From an uncultured Actinomycetes bacterium (GTDB taxonomy: Bacteria > Actinomycetota > Actinomycetes > Streptosporangiales > Streptosporangiaceae), in contig CAVUNL010000010.1 in NCBI GenBank assembly GCA_963742795.1, positions 82,827-146,826 of the forward strand: a stretch of DNA of 64,000 bases, given 5' to 3'. Under the pieces are notes generated by a model. That model was not told the DNA's origin. It worked only from the letters and a program-made list of their open reading frames with translations, and searched no databases. Both the position numbers and the translations under genes were made by a program. Numbering within the stretch: the stretch's first letter is position 1; the number at the start of each line of letters is the position of its first letter. Shown in pieces: positions 45,643 through 55,531 of the stretch.

Positions 45643-47347
45643 ATGGGTGCGGTTTGTGAGGTGAGCTGGTTACGCTGCGAGGATGAGGTCTTCGCGGTAT
45701 ATGGCTCGTGGATGCGCTTATGCTCTTGGCGCAGGTGGAAGCGCCAGTAGTCTCGAAGTCGCCGGTTGCGGTGACGGCGCGGAGTTTCAGGATGGCCTCG
45801 GCGCCTTCGAGGCCCCACCTCGCACCGGTTATGTCCATTCTGTCCTTTACGATGTGCCTGCATGCGCCTCGATGATCGGTGGCGATGGGCCAGCCTTTCT
45901 CAGCGCGGTGGCGTAGTCAGGTACTGCTGCTTGTTTTCAGGTAGCGGGCGGCTTGTGGCGCAGGCGCGCTCGGCCGGGGAGTAGGTAGGCGGTGGCGCGG
46001 CGGCGGATCCGGCGCGACCTGCCGGGCGCTGCGTGCAGGATCTTGCGGGCCTGGGCGCGACCATTCCTCGGCGGCGGGCTCGCCTTTCTCGAAGAAGGAC
46101 CAGGCGGCCTTCCATGCGTATTCGAGCACGTGGATGAAATCGATCACGATGTCGCGGTGATGCCCCGGCGGGCGGCCTCGGCGGTGACGGCCTTGATCTG
46201 GGTGTTGTTCCCGTCGATCAGGACCGCCCATTCCCGCGCGTGGTGAGGGTCGAGGCGCTCCGCCTCGTAGAACGCGGCGGCGATGACGGCGGGTATGTCA
46301 TCGGTGACCGAGGCGGTCAGCCACTTGCCCCGCGCCTGCGGCTCCCGCGGCTTCTGCTTGCCCTTCGGCTTGCTGGCCTGCGCCTTCTTCTTCCGCCGTT
46401 TCTGCGCGGGCGTGCTGATGACGTCCTCGGGGGTGCGCGGGACGGGGGCGGCGTCGTAGACGCAGGCCAGCTCGGCCATCCGCTTGCGGCCGGTCTTCTC
46501 CCCCGGCGACAGCCGGGTCGCGAGCTTGCCCTCCGCGGATGCCGCGGCCTTCGCGGTGGCCGGGCGCAGCGCCCCGGGCAGCATCACGATGCCCTTCCCG
46601 TCGAAGGTCAGGATCAGCGGCCAGCCGTCCGGCGGCGGCTTGATCACCCGCTGCAGGTAAAACGCCTCCACGTGCGCGGCGCAGCGGCGGGCCAGCTCTT
46701 CCGCCTGGCGTTTCCCGATCTGCACGCCGGTCGCGCGGGTGATCGCGGCGGCCGCTGCCTCGTGCGAGCCGCGCGCGGACTCGATGGCGGCGAGCTTCCG
46801 GAGCCCGTGGGAGTGCTTTTCCTCCGGCAGGTTCAGCGCCGCGTCGAGCGGGTGCACGTTCGGCCTGCCCGGCGCCCGGTAGGCGATCCGTGACACCGTG
46901 ACCTGCCCGAACTTCGTCATCAGCGGCCGTTCGCGGCCTTTCTCGGCGCGCGTGCGCGGAACCCCGTCCTCCCCGGCCACGTCATGCCGGCGGTCCTCGC
47001 GGGCAGCTGCCAGATCCAGCGGGCCCTGGAACAGCCGCCGCAGCAGCTCCCGGCCCCGCATCTCCAGCTGTTCTTCCAGCTCACCGTGCTGCAGTCCTGC
47101 CGCCTCCGCCGACGCCATCCAGTCCTCCAGCTCACCGAAGCACTTCCTGGACTCCGCGAACGCCTCGTCCTGGCCAGGCACGTACCCTTGCATCGGGCTC
47201 CTTCTTTTGCGATCCGGTCGTCAGATAACCGGGACCGTAACGAGGAGGAGCCCTTTACGCACTCACCGACACGGGCAAACCGGACACAGCGGCAACGACC
47301 ACGCTAAAACTCTTCACGCTGCATCACCCCAGAAGAGCCGCACCCAT
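45643..47347 (-). mobile_element. Degenerate ISKra4-family insertion sequence (transposase with at least four frame shifts)
   Basis: Transposase pieces 46144..47193, 45917..46231, 45635..45838 and 45564..45863 carry family-typical strings ([59 protein letters not shown]). Terminal inverted repeats ATGGGTGCGG, flanked by TGGAT on both sides. Confidence 0.65.
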
Positions 47348-47678
47348 TGGATATGACGCATATCACGACAGGCTCGACTTCTGGATCACGAATCTCGCTG
47401 GCATCTTCGCTGCTGGCGTAGCCTTCTTCCCGACCGCACCGGCAGCAGCGTCTGCTCATCAGCAGGATATCGGACACATCCACTTCGTTTTCGCCGCGCT
47501 CCTGTTCACTATGCTGGCCTTCATGGCACTGCGGTTCACGAAGACCAATCCCGATGGCGACCCAACGAGTCAGAAATCACGCAGGAACGTCATCTATATA
47601 TTCTGCGCCGCCTTGATCGCGGCCAGCATGCTGATAGCATTCGTAGCGAACTTCCTGCCCGCGGCTGTCAAGCAAAGC

Positions 47679-49274
47679 GGCTCTTCGAAGTTAACCGGGA
47701 TCGTGTCGCCGTCCGGTTACCGATCGCGATTTCTCTGTGGTTACTTGTCGTGAGCGCCGTCGTGTGCCCCTGGTACAGGCGATGCGGACGCGCCTGCGCT
47801 GGTTTACCGGGTTGCGGAAGCCGTAGGCCAGGCGGGCTTCGAGCTTGGCGAGCCGGTTCAGGCTCTCGGAAACGGAATTCGTGATGCCGGTCAAGACCGC
47901 GGCGACGATCTCGCTTTCCCACCGGGATACCGTCTTGGCCAGGGACAGCAGCTCGGGGATGTCATCGTTTTGGGCGCACCAGTCGTAGAAGGCGAAGAGC
48001 CGGTCCCGGACGTTGCGCTCGCACGGGACCGAGCCGGTGACGCGGGCACGCAGGTTCAGGGCGTGGCGGAGTTTCTCCTTGCCGATCCAGGCGGCGGCGA
48101 TCTCCTGCCCGCCCGGATCGCTGCCCAGGATGCCGGTGACCTTGGCGAACTGGCCCGGTGACAGGTGCTCCAGGTTCCGTACCAGCAGGCCCTTGATGCC
48201 GTACTCCGGGTCGCCGGAGCGGCCCCGGCGGCCGTACTTGCCGCGGACCACCCGGCGCCGCACGTCCCCGGTCATCTTGACCGCCAGGTGCACGACGTGG
48301 AACAGGTCCACCACGAGCTGCGCGCGCGGCAGCATGCGGCGCACCGCCGAGGCGTAGATGCTGCACATGTCGATGGCGACGGTCTCGATCCGGTCCCGCC
48401 AGGCGGGGGTGGCCTGCGCCAGCCAGTACGCGGCGTCATCGGCGGTGCGGCCCTCGACCTGGCCCAGCAGCCCCTGATCCCCGGACAGGTCAAAGAAGCA
48501 GGTGTGCCACCGGTCTGCGAGCAGCAGGTATTCCCCGGTGTCCGCGTCCCGCGTCCAGCGGGGCCGGCCGCGGCGGTGCTCGTCGATGCCCAGGTGCGCC
48601 ACCGGCGCGCAGGCCTGCTCCAGCACCGGGTCCGCCGCGGCGGCGAACGCCTCGTGGGCCACCGGCCAGGAGATCCCGGCATGCCGGGCCGCCTCCGCCG
48701 GGGTGATCCCCCGCCCGGCGACCTCGGTCCCGGCCTGCTCCCGCAACCGGGCCGTGAGCCGGCACCGCGGCGGCACCTGCGGCACCCGCTCGGTGAACGT
48801 CTTACGGCGGCAGCCCGGCGCCTGGCATTTCCAGCGGCTCTTGACCCACCACACCGCCACCGGGTCAGGGCCCCGGCGGACATCCCGCGGCCGGGCCAGC
48901 ACGGTGTCATGCAGGCGGGCCGAGACCGTCCCGCAGTCCGGGCACGCCGCCGCGGCCGGGTCATCGGTGACCGCCCATACCTCCAGCGTGCCGTCCGGCA
49001 GCGCCTGCGCATCAGTGACCTGCAAGCCCTCCACGCCGAACAGCACAGACGCCGTATCCTGGAACACGATGCCCGCGGCTTTCTGATGATCTCGGATCCT
49101 GTGGTAAGGCCCAAGATCGTAAAAGCCGCGGGCTCCCGTATTACGGCGGCACGCCGCAACTACGCCATATCAGGCGAACCCGGCAGGACGCCGGGCCGGG
49201 CACGCCCGGTAACGCCCCCGCCTCACTCAAAGTCATCACGCAGTGACAACGTCCCGGTTAACCTCGAAGGCCCC
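47679..49274 (-). mobile_element. ISL3-family insertion sequence with an 8-bp target duplication
   Basis: The ends GGCTCTTCGAAGTTAACCGGGA and TCCCGGTTAACCTCGAAGGCCCC form inverted repeats. The direct repeat AGCAAAGC occurs at 47671-47678 and 49275-49282. Confidence 0.85.
47691..49067 (-). CDS. ISL3 family transposase (intact)
   Basis: 458 aa with an N-terminal zinc-finger region CPDCG...CQAPGC and IDEHRRGRPRW, typical of ISL3. Confidence 0.9.
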   Translation of the reverse strand: MFQDTASVLFGVEGLQVTDAQALPDGTLEVWAVTDDPAAAACPDCGTVSARLHDTVLARPRDVRRGPDPVAVWWVKSRWKCQAPGCRRKTFTERVPQVPPRCRLTARLREQAGTEVAGRGITPAEAARHAGISWPVAHEAFAAAADPVLEQACAPVAHLGIDEHRRGRPRWTRDADTGEYLLLADRWHTCFFDLSGDQGLLGQVEGRTADDAAYWLAQATPAWRDRIETVAIDMCSIYASAVRRMLPRAQLVVDLFHVVHLAVKMTGDVRRRVVRGKYGRRGRSGDPEYGIKGLLVRNLEHLSPGQFAKVTGILGSDPGGQEIAAAWIGKEKLRHALNLRARVTGSVPCERNVRDRLFAFYDWCAQNDDIPELLSLAKTVSRWESEIVAAVLTGITNSVSESLNRLAKLEARLAYGFRNPVNQRRRVRIACTRGTRRRSRQVTTEKSRSVTGRRHDPG

Positions 49275-49612
49275 AGCAAAGCATGCCTTCGTTGTTCTGG
49301 TTCGAGGCAATTGCCGTGGTCGCCTTCAGCGTCTCCTGGCTCGTGAAAGGGGCGGCTTTCCCCGTCCTCAACGACAAGCCATCCGTCGCGGTGCAGCCTC
49401 AGCCGGAACCGAGCGAGTTCGACACGTCAGCTAGTTGAGGGTGCCACCGACGCTTTGATCGGCACCTGCAAGGGCGTGCCGACTCATGCGCCGTCGCGCG
49501 TGCCTTCTCCGGGATACGCGTTTCCGCTGACGAGGGTCACGATCGTCATCTGACCAGACCCGCCTGATTCCTCCCGGCTTGACGTATGCCGATATGGGCA
49601 TATGATCGTGGC

Positions 49613-49954
49613 ATGGCACGAGCAGCGACGACGTCGGACGTCTTCAACGCGATCGCCGAGCCGCAGCGCCGGGAGATCCTGGTGCTGCTGCGGGCGGGTG
49701 AGCGGCCGGTGACCGAGTTGGCCCAGGAACTGAGGATGACCCAGCCGGGGGCGTCCAAACACCTGCGGGTGCTCCGGGAGGTCGGACTGGTGCGGGACCG
49801 CAAGGCAGGCAAGCAACGCCTGTACGGCCTTGACGCCCGCGCGCTGCGACCGGTTCACGAGTGGACCGGCGGGTTCGAGCGGTTCTGGAACGAGAGCTTC
49901 GACCGGCTGGACGAGTACGTGCAGGACCTCAAGCAGGCAAAGCAGGAGGAGTAG
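49613..49954 (+). CDS. ArsR/SmtB family transcriptional regulator
   Basis: FNAIAEPQRREILVLLRAGERPVTELAQELRMTQPGASKHLRVLREVGLV. Confidence 0.85.
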   Translation: MARAATTSDVFNAIAEPQRREILVLLRAGERPVTELAQELRMTQPGASKHLRVLREVGLVRDRKAGKQRLYGLDARALRPVHEWTGGFERFWNESFDRLDEYVQDLKQAKQEE

Positions 49955-49957
49955 CTG

Positions 49958-50464
49958 ATGAGTGCGACGGGACGAGGAGCGCCGGCGCAGTCCGCGACGG
50001 CCGACCGCGAGATCGTGATCTCCCGGGTCATCCGTGCCCCACGGGAGCTGGTGTTCGAGGCGTTCACCGAGGTGCGGCACCTGTCGCGGTGGTGGGGACC
50101 GGAGGGGTTCACCACCACCACGCGGGCGTTCGAGTTCCGCGCCGGCGGGGCGTGGGACTTCGTGATGCACGGACCGGACGGGACGGACTACCAGGAGTGG
50201 ATCTCCTGGACCGAGATCGCCCCGCCGGAGCGGATCGCGCTGCTCCACGGTGAGTCCCGCGGCGACCCGAACGCCTTCGAGTCGGTCTTGACGTTCGCGC
50301 CCGACGGCGCGGCGACCCGGATCGAGATGTACACGGTGTTCCCCACCAAGGAGTTGCGCGACCAGGCGGTCGAGAAGTACCACGCGATCGAGGGCGGCCA
50401 GCAGACCCTGAGCAACCTGGCTGCCTACGTCACCGAGATCGTTCGGAAGGGAGTTGAGGACTGA
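49958..50464 (+). CDS. SRPBCC (AHSA1/Aha1-like) domain protein
   Basis: ISRVIRAPRELVFEAFTE...WWGPEGFT. A typical partner of ArsR genes. Confidence 0.8.
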   Translation: MSATGRGAPAQSATADREIVISRVIRAPRELVFEAFTEVRHLSRWWGPEGFTTTTRAFEFRAGGAWDFVMHGPDGTDYQEWISWTEIAPPERIALLHGESRGDPNAFESVLTFAPDGAATRIEMYTVFPTKELRDQAVEKYHAIEGGQQTLSNLAAYVTEIVRKGVED

Positions 50465-51099
50465 TGGCCGGGAAGGTGTTCTTCAGCGTGACGATGTCGC
50501 TGGACGGGTTCATCGCGCCCGAGGAGCGCATGGACGACCCGGATGTGCAGCGCTGGACGGCGCAGTGGATGGAACTGCAGCAATGGATATTCCCGCAGCG
50601 GTTCTTCCGGGAGAACCTGAAGCTCGGCGAGGGCGGGGAGGAAGGGCCCGAGAACGACATCGTGCGGGAGACGTTCCAGCGCACCGGCGCGAGCGTGATG
50701 GGCAAGCGCATGTTCGACCTCGGCGAGCAGGCGTGGCCGGAGGAGGCGCCGTTCCACACCGCGGTCTTCGTCGTGACGCACGAGAAGCGTGACCCCTGGG
50801 AGCGGCCGGGCGGGACCACCTTCCACTTCGTCAACGACGGCATCGAGCCCGCGCTCGACCAGGCCCGCGAGGCCGCCGGCGACCGGGACGTCCGCATCGC
50901 GGGCGGCGGCGCAACGATCCTGCAGTACGTGAACGCCGGCCTGATCGACGAGTTCACGATCGCGCTCTCACCCGTGCTGTTCGGCTCCGGAATCCGCCTG
51001 TTCGAGGGCGTGGACGCGGGCCGCGTGGCTTTGGAGCCGGTCCGCGCGGAGCCGACGCAGCGGGTCACCCACCTGACCTACACCATCCACCAGCGGTAG
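50464..51099 (+). CDS. Dihydrofolate-reductase-like (RibD C-terminal domain) protein
   Basis: FFSVTMSLDGFIA...VMGKRMFD...IAGGGATILQY. Confidence 0.8.
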   Translation: MAGKVFFSVTMSLDGFIAPEERMDDPDVQRWTAQWMELQQWIFPQRFFRENLKLGEGGEEGPENDIVRETFQRTGASVMGKRMFDLGEQAWPEEAPFHTAVFVVTHEKRDPWERPGGTTFHFVNDGIEPALDQAREAAGDRDVRIAGGGATILQYVNAGLIDEFTIALSPVLFGSGIRLFEGVDAGRVALEPVRAEPTQRVTHLTYTIHQR

Positions 51100-51139
51100 C
51101 CCAGATCGCCGGCTCGGGAACGATGGGGGGGCCGAGCAC

Positions 51140-52003
51140 ATGGTTGGTGTGGCCCGCGGCTTGCTGCGGTTGCGTGAGTCGGTCGCCGGGACGGTGAGCG
51201 ACGGCTACGAGCGGCTGACCCGGCGCCCGTTCCCGCGACTGCGTCCTCGCCCACTGTGGTACGAGCAGCCGCTGTACTACAAAGGCAACCCGGCCACGTT
51301 CATCGGCGACGGCGATACCGTCCGCTGGCCGGCCTACGCCCAGCTGCTGGACTACGAGCTCGAGGTCGGCGTCGTCATCGCCCGGGACTGCGCCGACCTG
51401 ACCCGCGAGGAGGCCCTCGCCGCGGTCGGCGGCTTCGTGCTGCTCAACGACTTCAGCGCCCGCGACGTGCAGTTGCGCGAGATGGTCGAGGGTCTCATGG
51501 GGCCGGCGAAGTCCAAGGACTTCGGCACCGCGCTCGGCTCCGTCCTGGTCACCGCGGACGAGTTCCTGGGCACCCTGGACGAGCTGACCGTCGAGGTCCG
51601 TGTCGACGGTGAGCGGTGGGGCGTCGGCCGCACCGCCGGGATGCAGCACTCGGTGGCGCACGTCATCGCCTACGCCAGCGCCGGCGAGCGGCTGGAAGCG
51701 GGCACCGTGATCGGGCTCGGCACCGTTCCGGGGTGCAGCGGGATCGAGACCGGCCGGTGGCTCTCGCCCGGCGACGTGGTCGAGCTGTCGGCGGGCCCGC
51801 TGGGCCGACTCCGCAACACGGTGGGGGAGCCGGAGCCCTGGCGGCAGCCGGGAACCGCGACCCGCGCCCGGTGGAGCATCGTAAACCGGGCCGGCGAGCA
51901 GGCCGACCCCTTGGCCGACCCGGCACCCTGGACTCCGCCGCCGCGGCCGGCCCTGACCGGCGTTCTCGCCCCCAACCAGGTGCTTGACCAGGTTGAGCGA
52001 TGA
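51140..52003 (+). CDS. FAH family protein (fourth FAH-domain gene in the window)
   Basis: YELEVGVVIARD...LLNDFSARDVQ...GTVIGLGTVPG. The start is uncertain. Confidence 0.7.
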   Translation: MVGVARGLLRLRESVAGTVSDGYERLTRRPFPRLRPRPLWYEQPLYYKGNPATFIGDGDTVRWPAYAQLLDYELEVGVVIARDCADLTREEALAAVGGFVLLNDFSARDVQLREMVEGLMGPAKSKDFGTALGSVLVTADEFLGTLDELTVEVRVDGERWGVGRTAGMQHSVAHVIAYASAGERLEAGTVIGLGTVPGCSGIETGRWLSPGDVVELSAGPLGRLRNTVGEPEPWRQPGTATRARWSIVNRAGEQADPLADPAPWTPPPRPALTGVLAPNQVLDQVER

Positions 52004-52018
52004 GTTCGCCGCCGACGA

Positions 52019-52447
52019 CTAAGGCTCGGGCTGCGCATCAGTGACATAAGCCGCCACCTGGCCCACGAAGTCCTCAAGGTCGCCCAGGCTCTTCAGCCTG
52101 TCGACGACTATCGAGTCATCGACCTCGATGTAGTCATGCACGAGTACGTTACGGAACCCGACAGCCTTGCGGATCGAGATAGCCAGCTCAGGTGTAAGGA
52201 CTCCGTGCCCTCCGAGCAGCCGGACGGCGTCACCGTTGTCGGTCGGCGGCCCCCAGCCTTCCGTCGCGCAGAGGTGCTGCGCGACATCGACGCAGGCCTC
52301 GATGGCGGTAACAAAGGTGTACTTCACGCCGCGCAGCCACATGGGATCCAGGCGGCGCTCCTCACTGGCTCCGGCTTCCTGCCCCAGGACGGCAGTGTCG
52401 TCGGCAATGCTCCGGAGCAGCCGCAGGACGCGATCTTCGTCTACCAC
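52019..52447 (-). CDS. hepT: HepT-like (DUF86) toxin of a type VII toxin-antitoxin pair
   Basis: RNVLVHDY (Rx4HxY motif), 142 aa. Lies 3 nt downstream of the nucleotidyltransferase gene. Confidence 0.8.
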   Translation of the reverse strand: MVDEDRVLRLLRSIADDTAVLGQEAGASEERRLDPMWLRGVKYTFVTAIEACVDVAQHLCATEGWGPPTDNGDAVRLLGGHGVLTPELAISIRKAVGFRNVLVHDYIEVDDSIVVDRLKSLGDLEDFVGQVAAYVTDAQPEP

Positions 52448-52450
52448 GGG

Positions 52451-52861
52451 CTACCCGCGTCTGCCAGTGACACTGGCCGCGAACTCCCGGTGCGCGCGGG
52501 TGATGCGCGGGAGCTCGTCGAAGTAAATCTTCCTGGTGGTAGCCTCCCACCGGACCCGGCTGACGGGATCATCATCGAAGAGCAGCCTGCCGCGTGCCGC
52601 TACCCGCCCAGCCAGTTCCAGCGGAGCACGGTCGAGTACCAGGAGGTCCACGCCAGGCGGCATCAGGATGTCAAACGCGTTCGGCGGCTGGCCGCCGAAG
52701 TACGCCGCGATGTCAACGTCCGAATCCGGACGGTACTGCCCAAAGGCGCGACTGCCATGCAAATAGGCGAACCGTGCCCCGGCCCTCCTGAGCACGACAG
52801 CAGACTCCGCCGTCACCTCTGCTGCCCTGGCTTCGTCCACAATCCCAGTCTGGCAGATCAT
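52451..52861 (-). CDS. mntA: MntA-like minimal nucleotidyltransferase antitoxin
   Basis: HGSRAFGQYRPDSDVDIA (GSx10DxD nucleotidyltransferase motif). Confidence 0.8.
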   Translation of the reverse strand: MICQTGIVDEARAAEVTAESAVVLRRAGARFAYLHGSRAFGQYRPDSDVDIAAYFGGQPPNAFDILMPPGVDLLVLDRAPLELAGRVAARGRLLFDDDPVSRVRWEATTRKIYFDELPRITRAHREFAASVTGRRG

Positions 52862-53224
52862 CGGGATGCCTGTTTGCTGGCCGACGCCCGTGCCCTGATG
52901 ACCGGCAACCGACGGCGAGTGCGCCGACTTGCCCCCGCCCGCTTCCGGCGGCTACGTACCGGATTCCTTGAACGAAGCGGCCACGCCTTGCGACATCGTT
53001 TAGTGACAAAAGTCTTGTGCGGACACCGGGAACCATAACGGACATCGTCGCTGTCTCCCCAGGCCAGCAGACTATATCCCGATGCAGCCATGATCCCCTC
53101 TGCAGGCGCCACCACCACCGGGCCGAACAGGCCTCAGGCTGGCACCTCTCGCGGCAGGGGTCATCATCGCCGCCGCTGGGTCGCAGCTGAACTACCGGGG
53201 CTGGTGGTCCCCCGAGCACCGGGC

Positions 53225-55501
53225 TCAGCGCACCCGCACGTGAGCCACTGCGCGGCCCAGAATGGGATGGCTGGCCGAAACCGCAACGTGTCCCGCCGAA
53301 CTCGGGAGCGACCGTATCCAGACCGCACCCACCCCACCCGCCGCCGCGAAGTCGAACGGGCTCTCGCCGACCAGGACCGCTGGACCGGAGACCGCCAGCG
53401 TGACCTCTCCGGTGACGTACGGCCGGGGTGCCCCGTGGCCGTCCACCGCCCGGAACGCCACTCGCGTCGCGTCCGCCCCGTCGCCCGCGATCTCCTCGTC
53501 GTCCGCCGCCAGCCACAGCGTGTCGAGTGACGGGTCGGACGAGAACGACCGCGACGTGACCAGGTCGGATCCCAGGTACCCGTCGATCCGCAGGTCGGGC
53601 AGCGAAGACCCGTCGACCCTCCGGAAGTCGACGAACGACGGCGGGTAGGCGAGCGACCCGTAATCCCCGTCATCCGGCGTGACCGTGGCAAAGTGCGCCT
53701 CGCCCACGTACACCTCCAGCCGGTCCAGGTTGGCGCAGATCATCGCGGCCGGCAGGCTGGTCACCGGCGAGATCGGTCCGAAGTCCCAGTAGAACGCGGG
53801 CGCGATGACTGGCCTGACCTGCGGGTCGACCTGCGCCCGGTAGATGGCGGCGCCCGGCTTGGCCTCCCGGAACAGGTCCACCACCCCGGTGTATTTCACG
53901 CCCCGGTACACGTTGCCGCCCGCGCCTGACGGGTAGTCGATTCCGGACCAGGCCAGCAGCCCGCAGTACCGGTCGTCGGCGGCCACGATGGCGTGCACCC
54001 GCGCGTGCGCCGTGGCCTGCCCCTGCTGGACGGCCTGGGAGTCGGTGCGGCGGTAGAACCGGGCCGGTCCGGACAGCGTGCCGACCGCCTCGGTGACCAG
54101 GTAGGGCCGGCCGACCCCGTCCATCGGCGGCTCCAGAGACGGCTGCTTGGCGCCGTCCGGCCCCGTCACCGAGGAGTAGTCGTTCTCTGCGAACACGTCC
54201 TGCTGATAGTCCATGGTCAGCCGCATCCCGGCCATCGCACCGGCCGTCGGCCGCGAGTCGTCCAGATCGTGGGCCAGTTCGTTGGCGCTGGTGTAGAACG
54301 CGGTGTTATTGGGCGTCTCGTTGAGCCGCGCGCCCCAGATCACGATCGACGGATGGTTGCGGTCTCGCACGATCATCTGCCCGATATCGCGGGAGGCCAG
54401 GGCCAGCCACGCCGCGTCTCCCAGGTAGCCCCAGCCTGGCGCCTCCTCCCAGGCGAGCAGCCCAAGCTCATCGCAGGCGTCGAAGAAGGCCTCCGACTGC
54501 GGGTAGTGCGAGCAGCGCACCATGGTGCAGTTCAGCTCCCGCCGGATGATCTCGGCGTCCCTGGCCTGGACCCGGGCGGGCATCGCGCCCCCGGCGAACG
54601 GGAAGAACTGATGCCGGTTGACACCGAACAGCTTGACCCGGCGCCCGTTGAGATAGAACCCGTCCGGCGCGAACGTGGCCTCGCGGAACCCGATCCGCAC
54701 CCGGTACTGGTGCCGCCGCTGCCCGTCGACCAGCAGCGCGGCCACCACGTGGTACAGCTTCGGCTCATCAAGGTCCCACAAGATGATGTCGCCCAGCCCG
54801 GCGAGCGTGACGGTCACCGTCGCCTGGCCCGGCCCGGCAAACGCCACCGGCACCCGGTCGGTCGCGATCACAATCTCCTCGTCCCGCAGCGAGATCTCGA
54901 CCTCCACGGACGCGTCGGACACAACAGCCGCGTCCACCGTGGCCTGCACCACCACCTGCCGCGCCGCCGGATCCAGCACGGTGACCGGCTTGGCGAACAC
55001 ATCGGACAGGAACACCTCTGGCACCACCCGCAGTCGCACATCCCGGTAGATCCCGCCCGGCTGCCAGAAGTCCACGTCGGTGCTGACCGCGGGAGCAGGC
55101 CGGTCCGGCGGCACGTTGAGGTTGAAGCCGGAGTCCAGCCGCACCGCCAGCGCGTTCCCGGCCGGCTCCAGCACGCCAGTGATCTCGCAGCTGAACGGCA
55201 GGTACCCGCCCAGGTAGTCGCCCACCTCGGTCCCGTTCAGCGTCACCGTCGAGTGGGTCAGCGCCCCGCCGAAGTCCAGGAACACCCGCCCGCCGGGAAA
55301 CTCGACACCGTCGAAGTGCTTCCGGTACACCCACACCCGCTCCCAGTCCGCCGGATCCCACTCCTGCCAGGACAGCGGCGCCACCGTGTGCGGCAGCGTC
55401 ACGGCCTCGAACCCGCTGTCGTCGAACCCGGGCAGGCTGCTGCCCTCGGTGGCCGGCCCGAAGCGCCACCCGGTGCCGAACGGGATGATCTCGTTGATCA
55501 T
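53225..55501 (-). CDS. Glycoside hydrolase family 2 protein
   Basis: VRCSHYPQSEAFFDACDELGLLAWEE and RDRNHPSIVIWGARLNE. GGAGG RBS before the ATG at 55501. Confidence 0.8.
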   Translation of the reverse strand: MINEIIPFGTGWRFGPATEGSSLPGFDDSGFEAVTLPHTVAPLSWQEWDPADWERVWVYRKHFDGVEFPGGRVFLDFGGALTHSTVTLNGTEVGDYLGGYLPFSCEITGVLEPAGNALAVRLDSGFNLNVPPDRPAPAVSTDVDFWQPGGIYRDVRLRVVPEVFLSDVFAKPVTVLDPAARQVVVQATVDAAVVSDASVEVEISLRDEEIVIATDRVPVAFAGPGQATVTVTLAGLGDIILWDLDEPKLYHVVAALLVDGQRRHQYRVRIGFREATFAPDGFYLNGRRVKLFGVNRHQFFPFAGGAMPARVQARDAEIIRRELNCTMVRCSHYPQSEAFFDACDELGLLAWEEAPGWGYLGDAAWLALASRDIGQMIVRDRNHPSIVIWGARLNETPNNTAFYTSANELAHDLDDSRPTAGAMAGMRLTMDYQQDVFAENDYSSVTGPDGAKQPSLEPPMDGVGRPYLVTEAVGTLSGPARFYRRTDSQAVQQGQATAHARVHAIVAADDRYCGLLAWSGIDYPSGAGGNVYRGVKYTGVVDLFREAKPGAAIYRAQVDPQVRPVIAPAFYWDFGPISPVTSLPAAMICANLDRLEVYVGEAHFATVTPDDGDYGSLAYPPSFVDFRRVDGSSLPDLRIDGYLGSDLVTSRSFSSDPSLDTLWLAADDEEIAGDGADATRVAFRAVDGHGAPRPYVTGEVTLAVSGPAVLVGESPFDFAAAGGVGAVWIRSLPSSAGHVAVSASHPILGRAVAHVRVR

Positions 55502-55531
55502 CAAAGCCTCCGGAACGGTTATCGTCGGTGC

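Larger units (their letters stand above)
45419..49438 (+). pseudogene. Lower-GC polytopic membrane-protein gene split into three pieces by two IS insertions
   Basis: Pieces at 45419-45642, 47348-47678 and 49283-49438 all encode TM-helix-like sequence. The frame is restored exactly across the ISL3 once one TSD copy is removed. Confidence 0.55.
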
